From positions 1 through 40,438 of the forward strand of contig JBIOWP010000120.1 in assembly GCA_044868695.1 (NCBI GenBank): a stretch of DNA of 40,438 nucleotides. The letters run 5' to 3'. The notes under the pieces were generated by a model that worked only from the letters and a program-made list of their open reading frames with translations, was not told where the DNA came from and made no database searches. Position numbers and translations under genes: made by a program. Below, piece by piece: positions 9,947 through 19,047 of the stretch. The stretch is from a bacterium. Lineage in GTDB: Bacteria > Sysuimicrobiota > Sysuimicrobiia > Sysuimicrobiales > Kaftiobacteriaceae. Within the stretch, counting starts at the first letter, position 1; every line of letters starts with the position of its first letter.

Positions 9947-10677
9947 GCGCCGGCTCCGCGCGTCCGCGCGTTGGGATCACCGCGGCTGCGGGCGGGTCCG
10001 CCACCCCGAAGGGGCGGTTGTACGCCGCCGCCATCACGGCCGCCGGCGGGGAGCCCGTGTGGCTGGAGCCCCAGGCGGTCCTCGCAGCGAAGGACGCCAA
10101 GCGCATCTTGGCCCGCCTCGACGCGCTCCTGCTGCCCGGCGGGGTGGATATCGATCCACGCCATTACGGTGAGACGGTCCTGCCCGACGCCGGGGTCGAG
10201 ATCGACCCGGAGCGCGACGCATCTGAACTGCTGATGACCCGCGCCGCGCTGGAGGAGGAGATGCCCATCCTCGGGATCTGCCGGGGCATCCAGACGCTCA
10301 ACGTCGCCGCGGGCGGTTCCCTGCACCAGGATCTCGGCCTGATGGGATTGGACCCCGCGGTGCATATGCAGGGGACACAGCGGCCTCCCTGGGGGCCGGC
10401 GCATCCGGTCACCGCCGCCGAGGACAGCCGCGTGTCGTCGCTGCTTGACGGACCCAGCAGCGAGGTCAACAGCTTCCACCATCAGGCCGTCAAAGACGTG
10501 GCGCCAGGATTTGTGGTGACCGCGCGGGCACCGGACGGCGTCATCGAGACGATCGAACATCTCCGCCGCCCCTTTGTGGTGGGCGTGCAGTGGCACCCCG
10601 AGCGGATGGTGGATCACTACGCCCGCCAGCGCAAGCTCTTTGAGGCCCTCATCGAGGCCGCGCGCGCCCGAGCATAG
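9943..10677 (+). CDS. Gamma-glutamyl-gamma-aminobutyrate hydrolase family (peptidase C26, class I glutamine amidotransferase)
   Basis: LLLPGGVDIDP, LGICRGIQ (catalytic Cys), VNSFHHQAV, GVQWHPE. Confidence 0.92.
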   Translation: MSAGSARPRVGITAAAGGSATPKGRLYAAAITAAGGEPVWLEPQAVLAAKDAKRILARLDALLLPGGVDIDPRHYGETVLPDAGVEIDPERDASELLMTRAALEEEMPILGICRGIQTLNVAAGGSLHQDLGLMGLDPAVHMQGTQRPPWGPAHPVTAAEDSRVSSLLDGPSSEVNSFHHQAVKDVAPGFVVTARAPDGVIETIEHLRRPFVVGVQWHPERMVDHYARQRKLFEALIEAARARA

Positions 10678-10692
10678 CGGCCGATCCCTCCG

Positions 10693-10701
10693 TGCTAAGA
10701 T
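10693..10701 (+). promoter_or_regulatory. Candidate extended -10 promoter (TGnTAAGAT) for the ligase gene, near-leaderless
   Basis: TGCTAAGAT 9 nt before the ligase ATG in a 33-bp gap of an otherwise overlapping run. Confidence 0.4.
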
Positions 10702-10710
10702 AGAGGCGCC

Positions 10711-12438
10711 ATGCGGCAACTCGCTGCCGTCCTGGAAGCCGTGTCCGGGACGGCGAGCAAACTCCAGAAAGTCAAGCTCCTGGCTGCCTACCTGCAGACG
10801 CTCAGCGATGACGAGCTGCGGATCGCCTGCACGCACCTGACCGGGGGGCCCTTTCCCGCCGGCGACGGCCGTGCGCTCAACGTCGGCTGGTCGGCGATTG
10901 CCGACGCGCTGCTGGACGTCTCCGGCGCGTCTCCGGAGGCGTTGAACGAGAGCTACTCCAGGCACGGGGACCTCGGATCGGTCGCCGCCGAACTGCTCAC
11001 GCGCAAAGTGCGGGCGCCGTTGTTTCCTCAGCCCCTGACGCTGACGGCCGTCGCCGACGTCTTCTCGCGCCTGGCCGCCTCCGCAGGCAAGGGGTCCCGG
11101 CAGGTCAAGCTCGAAGCGATGCGGTCGCTGTTCGAGAATGCCGACCCGCTGGAGGCCAAGTACCTGGTCCGCATCATTACGTCGGACATGCGGGTGGGCC
11201 TCAAGGAAGGTCTCCTCGAAGAGGCCATCGCCAAGGCGTTCGGACGGTCGCTCGATGCCGTCCGGCGAGCCAACATGCTGATCAGCGACGTGGGCGCCGT
11301 GGCCGTGCTGGCGCGGGGCGACCGGCTCGACGAGGCCCGGCTGCAGGTGTTCCACCCCTTCCGGTTCATGCTCGCGGATGTGATTTTTTCCGCCGCAGAG
11401 GCATTCGAGCCGGCACGCGGCCCTTCGACGGAGCTCAGGGCAGGCGACGGCGACGGCGGCGGGCCCCCGGAGTCGCTGTTGGTCGAGGACAAGTACGACG
11501 GCATCCGCGCGCAGGTGCATTACGACGGAACACGCCTGGCCATGTTCAGCCGGACGCTCGACGAGATCACGCACTCGTTTCCGGAGCTGTACGGCGACCT
11601 GCGGGCGCTGGCGGGACGCTACATCATCGATGGGGAGATCATCGCGTGGCGCGGCGGTCACGCGATCCCGTTTACGCAGCTACAGCAGCGCCTGCGCCGC
11701 AAGGATCCCACCGACCTGATGGCCGATGTGCCGGTCGTGCTGTTTGTGTTCGACCTCCTCCACCTCGACGGCGAGGATCTGCTGGACGTTCCGCTGGTTG
11801 GGCGGCAGCGGCGGCTGCGGGCGCTGCGATTTGGGGCGACCGTCCAGCCGGCCGCCGCCACGGTCGCGACGGTGAATGAACATCTGGAGGCGCGATTTCG
11901 TGAGGCCCGGGCGCGGGGCAACGAAGGCCTGGTCATCAAGCGGCCCGACAGCCGCTATCAGCCCGGCAAACGCGCCCGGCAGTGGGTCAAGTGGAAGGAG
12001 GAGCTGGCCACCCTCGACGTCGTGGTGGTCGCGGCTGAGCAGGGCCACGGGAAGCGTGCCGGCGTGCTGAGCGACGTGACATTCGCGGTGCGAGATGGAG
12101 AAAAGCTGGCGCCGATCGGCAAAGCATACAGCGGGCTGACCGATCTCGAGATCGCCTCGCTGACCGAGTGGTTCCGGGCGCACACGATCGTGGACCGCGG
12201 CCGGGTGAAGCTCGTGGAGCCCAAGATCGTGCTGGAGGTGGCCTTCGACGCCATTACGCGCAGCCCCCGGCACCCCAGCGGATACGCGCTGCGATTTCCC
12301 CGCATCAAGCGGATCCGTGACGACAAGACTCCCGAGGAGATCAACACGATGGAAGACGTGGCACGCATCTTCGATCATCAGGGGGCCAGCCGGGGCGGGA
12401 GTTCTCCGAAGCTGGCCGCCAGCAGGGACAGGGGATGA
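10711..12438 (+). CDS. lig: ATP-dependent DNA ligase (LigB/archaeal-type: DBD + adenylation + OB domains)
   Basis: Motif I EDKYDGIR, IIDGEI, FDLL, EGLVIK, WVKWK, LRFPRIKRIRDDK; N-terminal DNA-binding domain. Confidence 0.95.
   Translation: MRQLAAVLEAVSGTASKLQKVKLLAAYLQTLSDDELRIACTHLTGGPFPAGDGRALNVGWSAIADALLDVSGASPEALNESYSRHGDLGSVAAELLTRKVRAPLFPQPLTLTAVADVFSRLAASAGKGSRQVKLEAMRSLFENADPLEAKYLVRIITSDMRVGLKEGLLEEAIAKAFGRSLDAVRRANMLISDVGAVAVLARGDRLDEARLQVFHPFRFMLADVIFSAAEAFEPARGPSTELRAGDGDGGGPPESLLVEDKYDGIRAQVHYDGTRLAMFSRTLDEITHSFPELYGDLRALAGRYIIDGEIIAWRGGHAIPFTQLQQRLRRKDPTDLMADVPVVLFVFDLLHLDGEDLLDVPLVGRQRRLRALRFGATVQPAAATVATVNEHLEARFREARARGNEGLVIKRPDSRYQPGKRARQWVKWKEELATLDVVVVAAEQGHGKRAGVLSDVTFAVRDGEKLAPIGKAYSGLTDLEIASLTEWFRAHTIVDRGRVKLVEPKIVLEVAFDAITRSPRHPSGYALRFPRIKRIRDDKTPEEINTMEDVARIFDHQGASRGGSSPKLAASRDRG
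11421..11445 (+). repeat. Short palindromic (REP-like) element inserted in frame in the ligase gene
   Basis: CCCTTCGACGGAGCTCAGGGCAGGC encodes PSTELRAG within a low-complexity insert just before motif I; resembles a recalled CCCTTCGACAAGCTCAGG dispersed repeat. Confidence 0.6.
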
Positions 12439-13757
12439 GTCTGAGGCGCGCGACGCTGCTGGTGGCCATCCTGGGGCTGAGTGCCGCGCCGCTGCTCCCG
12501 CTGGCCGGAGGCGTCTGGGCCGCGGCCGAGGCCCCGGCGGTCATCCGCATCCGTGTCGAAGGGGTAATCGCGCCCAGCAGCGCCCGATTCATCCTCCGCG
12601 CCATCCGCGAGGCGGAAGAGTCCGGCGCCGCGGCGGTGCTCGTGGAGCTCGACACGCCCGGCGGGCTGCTGCGGTCCATGGACGACATCACCAAGGGTAT
12701 GCTCAACGCCCGCGTCCCGGTCATCGTCTACATCAGTCCCAAGGGCGCCCGCGCCGCCTCGGCTGGAGTCTTTGTCACCTACGCGTCGCACATCGCTGCG
12801 ATGGCCCCGGCGACCCACCTCGGCGCCGCGCACCCCGTGGCGATCGGCCAGGACGGCCAGCAGGACAAGACGGTCATGGAAAAGGTGACCAACGACTCGG
12901 TCGCCAACATCCGGGCGATCGCGCGCCGGCGCGGCCGCAACGCGGACTGGGCCGAGAAGGCGGTGCGGGAGAGCGTGTCCATTGACGAGGTGGAAGCCGT
13001 ACGGCTGGACGTCGTGGACCTCATCGCCACAGATGTCCCGGACCTGCTGGGGAAAGTGGACGGCCGCCAGGTGGAAACGGAGGCCGGTCCGGTGCGGCTG
13101 GCCACCCGGGCCGCCACCGTGCGCTCGCTCGAGATGGACTCCAGCGAACGACTGCTGGACCTGCTCAGCGACCCCAACATCGGGCTTATTCTCATGACGA
13201 TCGCCATCTACGGGATCATCTTTGAGCTCAGCAACCCGGGCGCCATCCTGCCCGGGGTCGTCGGCGCCATCGCGTTGATTCTCGCGCTCACCTCCTTCGC
13301 CATCCTCCAGGTCAGCGCCGCGGGCCTGGCGCTGCTCGGGTTTTCCGTGCTGTTCTTCATCGCGGATCTCAAGGTGCCCGGCCACGGAGTGCTGACGGTG
13401 GGCGGCATTTTGGCGTTCATCCTGGGAGCCCTCCTGCTGACCGAGCGGCAGCTGCCGTTTTTCCGGGTGTCGGTGCAGGTCGCGGTGACGACGGCCGTGC
13501 TCACCGGCGCGTTCTTCCTGTTCGCGGTCGGCGCGGGCCTCCGCGCGCAGCGCACCCGCTCGCGCATGGGACGGGAAGGCCTGGCGGGCGCGACCGGCGT
13601 GGCCCGGACGGACCTGACGCCCGACGGGCAGGTGTACGTCCGCGGCGAGATGTGGACCGCCGAGGCCGAAGGCGGCGCCGTGATCCGTCAGGGGGATCGT
13701 GTGACCGTGGTCAGCGTGGACGGACTGCGCCTGCGGGTGCGGCCGGGTCCCCGATGA
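12435..13757 (+). CDS. nfeD: NfeD family membrane-bound ClpP-class serine protease (long form)
   Basis: LDTPGG, ARAASAG, AAMAPATHLGAAHPV, GRNADWAEKAVRES, TM block, C-terminal OB fold (GQVYVRGEMWTA). Confidence 0.93.
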   Translation: MSLRRATLLVAILGLSAAPLLPLAGGVWAAAEAPAVIRIRVEGVIAPSSARFILRAIREAEESGAAAVLVELDTPGGLLRSMDDITKGMLNARVPVIVYISPKGARAASAGVFVTYASHIAAMAPATHLGAAHPVAIGQDGQQDKTVMEKVTNDSVANIRAIARRRGRNADWAEKAVRESVSIDEVEAVRLDVVDLIATDVPDLLGKVDGRQVETEAGPVRLATRAATVRSLEMDSSERLLDLLSDPNIGLILMTIAIYGIIFELSNPGAILPGVVGAIALILALTSFAILQVSAAGLALLGFSVLFFIADLKVPGHGVLTVGGILAFILGALLLTERQLPFFRVSVQVAVTTAVLTGAFFLFAVGAGLRAQRTRSRMGREGLAGATGVARTDLTPDGQVYVRGEMWTAEAEGGAVIRQGDRVTVVSVDGLRLRVRPGPR

Positions 13758-14236
13758 CGGGGCGCCCCGGCCCGGCGACCGCCCTGCGCGTACACACCAC
13801 AGGCCCGGGGGAGACCGAAGCGTTGGGCCGCCGCCTGGGCGCGCTGCTGCGGGCGGGCGATATCGTCGCGCTGTCCGGCGAGCTGGGGACCGGCAAGACA
13901 GTGTTCGCCCGCGGGATTGCCGCCGGTGCCGGCGCCTCCGGGTACGTGGCGAGCCCGACGTTCACCATTATCCGCGAGTACCGCGGGCCGACCCCGGTGT
14001 ACCATGTGGACCTCTACCGTCTGGACCGCCCCCGGCAGCTTGACGATCTGGGGCTGGACGACCTGCTGGACGGCACTGGGATCATGGTGATCGAGTGGGC
14101 GGAAAAGGCGCTCCCCCTGCTGCCCGCGGAGCACCTCTGGGTGACGATCCGGTTCGCCGATGGAGACGAGGCGCGCGAGCTGCAGTTTACCCCGGAGGGC
14201 GCGCGCTACGGTGCTCTCCTCGCCCGCCTCGTGTAG
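13754..14236 (+). CDS. tsaE: t6A biosynthesis ATPase TsaE
   Basis: GELGTGKT, SPTFTI, YHVDLYRL, IEWAE; ATGA overlap with nfeD. Confidence 0.95.
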   Translation: MTGRPGPATALRVHTTGPGETEALGRRLGALLRAGDIVALSGELGTGKTVFARGIAAGAGASGYVASPTFTIIREYRGPTPVYHVDLYRLDRPRQLDDLGLDDLLDGTGIMVIEWAEKALPLLPAEHLWVTIRFADGDEARELQFTPEGARYGALLARLV

Positions 14237-14245
14237 GGGAGCCGG

Positions 14246-14911
14246 GTGCGCATCCTCGCCATCGAAACCTCGACCAGCGTGGGCAGCGTCGCCGTGCTCC
14301 GGGACGGGACACTGGTCTCCCAGCTCAGCGAGTCGGTCCCGCAGCGGCACCTGGAATGGCTGGCGCCGGCGGTCAAGCGCCTGCTGGCCGGCGCGGGCAT
14401 GACGCCGCCCCAGGTCGAGGCGGTGGTGGTCTCCACCGGCCCCGGGTCGTTCACCAGCGTGCGGATCGGCATCGCCACGGCGGCGATGTGGGCACGGGCC
14501 CACGGCATCCCTGCCGTCGGCATCCCGACCCTGGATGTTGTCGCCTGGGGGACGAGCGCGAGCGGGCTGGTGTGCGCGATGCTGGACGTCAGGCGCGGTG
14601 AGGTGGCCGCCGCTGCGTTCTCGCGCAACGGCGGGCTGCGCCGCATCACGGAAGACGTGGTGGGACCGGTGGCCGCGGCGCTCGCGCGGCTGCCCGCGGA
14701 GCCGGTGACGGTGAGCGGGGACGCGCTCGTGCGGTACGCCGCCGCTGTGACCCAGGCGAGACCGGACGCGCTGCTGGCGCCGCGCGACCAATGGTACCCG
14801 ACGGCCGCGTCGGCGGGCGTTCTAGGGTGGCAGCGACTGGCTCGCGGCGAACGCGATGATCTGTACCGGCTGTGGCCCACCTATGTGCGGGCGCCGGCTG
14901 ACGGAGGATAA
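14246..14911 (+). CDS. tsaB: t6A biosynthesis protein TsaB
   Basis: ILAIETST, GPGSFTSVRIG, DVRRGEV, PTYVR; context. Confidence 0.95.
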   Translation: MRILAIETSTSVGSVAVLRDGTLVSQLSESVPQRHLEWLAPAVKRLLAGAGMTPPQVEAVVVSTGPGSFTSVRIGIATAAMWARAHGIPAVGIPTLDVVAWGTSASGLVCAMLDVRRGEVAAAAFSRNGGLRRITEDVVGPVAAALARLPAEPVTVSGDALVRYAAAVTQARPDALLAPRDQWYPTAASAGVLGWQRLARGERDDLYRLWPTYVRAPADGG

Positions 14912-14946
14912 GCCGGGGGTCGGAAAAATATTTGGTTTAGGTCGAG

Positions 14947-15480
14947 ATGAAGCAGATCACCCGAGTGTCGCTGGAATCGATGCGGATGGAGGACATCCCC
15001 CGCGTGCTGGAGATCGAGCGGGAATCGTTCCGTACGCCCTGGCCCCGCGACGCGTACACGCACGAGCTGCAGGAGAACCGGCTCGCGGCGTACATCGTGG
15101 CCCGGGCCGAGGGAGAGATCGTCGGCTATGCCGGCATGTGGGTCATCCTCGACGAGGCGCACGTCACAACCATTGCCGTGGATCCGGCCTACCGCGGGCA
15201 GCATGTCGGCGAGCGGCTGCTGGTCGGGCTGATCGACGCGGCGCTGTCCCGGGACGCCCGGTGGATGACGCTCGAGGTCCGCAAGTCAAACGCCACCGCA
15301 CAGGCGCTGTACAAGAAGTACGGGTTCCGGGAAATCGGCGTCCGCAAGGGATACTACAGCGACAACCGCGAGGACGCCATTGTGATGTGGAGCGGGAACC
15401 TGCAGGACCGGGAGTACCAGCACAAGCTCAAGGACCTGCGGGCCGCGCTCGACGAGGATCACGACTCGTCAAGCGTGTGA
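14947..15480 (+). CDS. rimI: Ribosomal protein S18 N-acetyltransferase
   Basis: DEAHVTTIAVDP, TLEVRKSN, ALYKKYGF, RKGYY, EDAIVM. Confidence 0.95.
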   Translation: MKQITRVSLESMRMEDIPRVLEIERESFRTPWPRDAYTHELQENRLAAYIVARAEGEIVGYAGMWVILDEAHVTTIAVDPAYRGQHVGERLLVGLIDAALSRDARWMTLEVRKSNATAQALYKKYGFREIGVRKGYYSDNREDAIVMWSGNLQDREYQHKLKDLRAALDEDHDSSSV

Positions 15481-15483
15481 GGC

Positions 15484-16479
15484 ATGCTCGTCCTTGGGAT
15501 TGAAACCTCCTGCGATGAGACGGCGGCCGCGGTGGTGTCCGGCGGCCGCGCCATCAAGAGCAACGTCATCGCGTCCCAGGCGGACCTGCACCGCCGGTTC
15601 GGCGGAGTCGTGCCTGAGCTCGCATCCCGCAAGCACATCGAACGGCTGCTGCCGGTCACCGACGAAGCCCTCGAGCAGGCCGGCGTGACGCTGCGCGACG
15701 TCGACGCCGTGGCCGTGACGCATGGCCCCGGGCTGGTGGGCGCGCTCACCGTCGGCGTCGCCGCGGCCAAGTCGCTCGCTGTGAGCCTCGAGCTGCCGCT
15801 GATCGGAATCAACCATCTCGAAGGACACATCTACGGCGCGTTTCTCACCGCGCCGGATCTCTCGCTGCCGGCTCTGGCGTTGATCGTCTCGGGCGCGCAT
15901 ACCGACCTGGTGGCCATGGCGGATCACGGCCGGTACCGGGTGATGGGGCGCACGCGAGACGACGCCGCCGGGGAGGCGTTCGACAAAGTGGCCCGCGCCA
16001 TGGGCCTGGGCTATCCGGGGGGCCCGGAGATCGACCGGTTGGCCCGCTCCGGCGATCCCCACGGCGTGAGCCTTCCCCTGCCGATGGCCGATGACTCGCT
16101 GGAGTTCTCGTTCAGCGGAATCAAGACGGCCGCGCTGCGGGCATGGGGGGCTGCCCCGGTGAGTGACCGGCGGAGGGCCGATCTCGCGGCGAGCCTGCAG
16201 CGGGTGGTGGTCGCCACGCTGGTCCGCAAGGCGATGCGCGCCGCCCGGGCCGCCGGGGTCCGGACGGTCCTGCTGGTCGGGGGCGTGGCCGCCAACTCCC
16301 TGCTGCGCGCGGAGATGGAGCGGGCGTGTGCCGGGGAGGGGTATGCGATTGTCATCCCGCCGCCGGTTCTCTGCACGGACAACGCTGCGATGATCGCGGC
16401 CGCAGGCGCCTTCCGCCTCGACCGGGGAGAGCGCGCAGACCTGTCCCTGGGCGCCTACAGCGACCTTCCCCTGCAGTAG
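15484..16479 (+). CDS. tsaD: tRNA N6-threonylcarbamoyltransferase TsaD
   Basis: LGIETSCDET, GGVVPELASRKH, NHLEGH, DDAAGEAFDKVAR, GGVAAN, CTDNAAMIA. Confidence 0.97.
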   Translation: MLVLGIETSCDETAAAVVSGGRAIKSNVIASQADLHRRFGGVVPELASRKHIERLLPVTDEALEQAGVTLRDVDAVAVTHGPGLVGALTVGVAAAKSLAVSLELPLIGINHLEGHIYGAFLTAPDLSLPALALIVSGAHTDLVAMADHGRYRVMGRTRDDAAGEAFDKVARAMGLGYPGGPEIDRLARSGDPHGVSLPLPMADDSLEFSFSGIKTAALRAWGAAPVSDRRRADLAASLQRVVVATLVRKAMRAARAAGVRTVLLVGGVAANSLLRAEMERACAGEGYAIVIPPPVLCTDNAAMIAAAGAFRLDRGERADLSLGAYSDLPLQ

Positions 16480-16537
16480 AGTCCGAACGATTCCGGCCTC
16501 CAGACCGCCCCAATATCCGAATTTTCCGGTCGTGGAG

Positions 16538-16582
16538 TGGGGATATCGGGGCTGTGGATAATGTGCATAACCCTGTGCGTAA
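16538..16582 (-). promoter_or_regulatory. Cluster of co-oriented DnaA boxes
   Basis: Plus-strand TGTGGATAA 16553-16561 (= TTATCCACA, perfect), TGTGCATAA 16562-16570 (1 mismatch), TGTGCGTAA 16574-16582 and TGGGGATAT 16538-16546 (2 mismatches each). Confidence 0.7.
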
Positions 16583-16695
16583 GGCGTCCTGCAATGGGTT
16601 TGGCAGCCCCGCGGTGTCCGGGCGGTGTGCGGGCGGCGGCCGGGACGTTCGTCCATGGAGGGCGTGCCCATTCCTCCGGCGGCACAAAATAGAAC

Positions 16696-16724
16696 TTGAA
16701 CAGGAGGCGGCGGCCCTCTAAGAT
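16696..16724 (+). promoter_or_regulatory. Sigma70/SigA promoter of groESL
   Basis: TTGAAC-N17-TAAGAT directly upstream of CIRCE. Confidence 0.75.
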
Positions 16725-16732
16725 AATGGTGC

Positions 16733-16759
16733 CTAGCACTCACAAGCCTCGAGTGCTAA
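16733..16759 (+). promoter_or_regulatory. CIRCE element (HrcA operator)
   Basis: CTAGCACTC-N9-GAGTGCTAA, one mismatch from TTAGCACTC-N9-GAGTGCTAA, upstream of groES. Confidence 0.95.
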
Positions 16760-16782
16760 TCCATGCCTGAGGAGGGATCCAT

Positions 16783-17100
16783 ATGAAGCTGCGGCCACTT
16801 GGTGACCGCGTGGTAGTGAAACCGTTGGAGGACGAAGAGCGCACGAAGGGTGGAATCGTCCTTCCCGATACGGCCAAGGAGAAACCCCAGCGCGGAGAGA
16901 TCGTCTCCGTCGGGCCGGGGGAATGGGATGAGGAAGGCGAGAAGCGCCTGCCCCTGGACATCAAGGTGGGCGATCAGGTGCTGTACGCCAAATATGCCGG
17001 TACCGAATTTAAGATCGACGGCGTGGAGCATCTCATCCTGCGCCAGAGCGACATCCTGGCCGTCGTCGAGCGCGAGCCCGCGGCCGCCGGCAAGAAATAA
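16783..17100 (+). CDS. groES: Co-chaperonin GroES
   Basis: [40 protein letters not shown]. Confidence 0.98.
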   Translation: MKLRPLGDRVVVKPLEDEERTKGGIVLPDTAKEKPQRGEIVSVGPGEWDEEGEKRLPLDIKVGDQVLYAKYAGTEFKIDGVEHLILRQSDILAVVEREPAAAGKK

Positions 17101-17105
17101 CAAGA

Positions 17106-17157
17106 ACGGGATTAGGGAGCCGGGATTAGGGATTGATCCCCTCATCCCCAATCCCGT
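17106..17157. repeat. Inverted heptamer tandem array (GGGATTA-type x4 / ATCCC-type x3) in the groES-groEL spacer
   Basis: gggatta gggagcc gggatta gggattg followed by atcccct catcccc aatcccgt. Confidence 0.7.
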
Positions 17158-17175
17158 AGTTTCGTGTGGAGGTGA

Positions 17176-18792
<1,617 letters not shown>

Positions 18793-18815
18793 CCACCACC
18801 GCTCATCCGCGCAAG

Positions 18816-18853
18816 GGGCCCTGCCGGTCACTCGGCAGGGCCCGTTCGTTTTT
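18816..18853 (+). terminator. Intrinsic terminator after groEL
   Basis: 11-bp stem GGGCCCTGCCG/CGGCAGGGCCC, 6-nt loop, followed by GTTCGTTTTT. Confidence 0.85.
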
Positions 18854-18866
18854 CGTGGGTGCCGGC

Positions 18867-18897
18867 ATCATCATTGGGGTCCGACCCTATTGATGAT
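18867..18897. repeat. Single-centre palindrome (GGGGTC-C-GACCC core), REP-like
   Basis: ATCATCATTGGGGTC C GACCCTATTGATGAT, with outer complementary arms gccggc and tcgtgg/ccacga out to 18853-18920. Confidence 0.6.
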
Positions 18898-18931
18898 CCC
18901 GCCGGCGGGCTAAACCACGAGCGATTACTCA

Positions 18932-18974
18932 AAACACGAACATTCTTGAGTTTGACACGATATTCGTTTACGAT
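18932..18974 (+). promoter_or_regulatory. pur operon promoter with Bacillus-type PurR boxes
   Basis: AAACACGAACATT (18932-18944) and inverted ATATTCGTTT (18960-18969) flank/overlap TTGAGT-N17-TACGAT (18946-18974); a third ACACGAACTTT lies at 19027-19037. Confidence 0.7.
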
Positions 18975-19047
18975 TAGCTCGTCAGATGAGGCAAGTGCCG
19001 CCGGCGGCGCGCGGCGGCCGCCGTGGACACGAACTTTCCTGGGGTCG

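Noticed and set aside
11401..11480. Intein in the DNA ligase
   Set aside because: Insert is only about 20 aa and lacks intein terminal residues.
16480..16700. oriC
   Set aside because: Few boxes, GC-rich surroundings, no unwinding element, no dnaA/dnaN neighbours.
18854..19047. Purine, ZTP or PRPP riboswitch before purD
   Set aside because: No conserved core motifs recognised and the leader after the predicted promoter is short; an Rfam scan would settle it.
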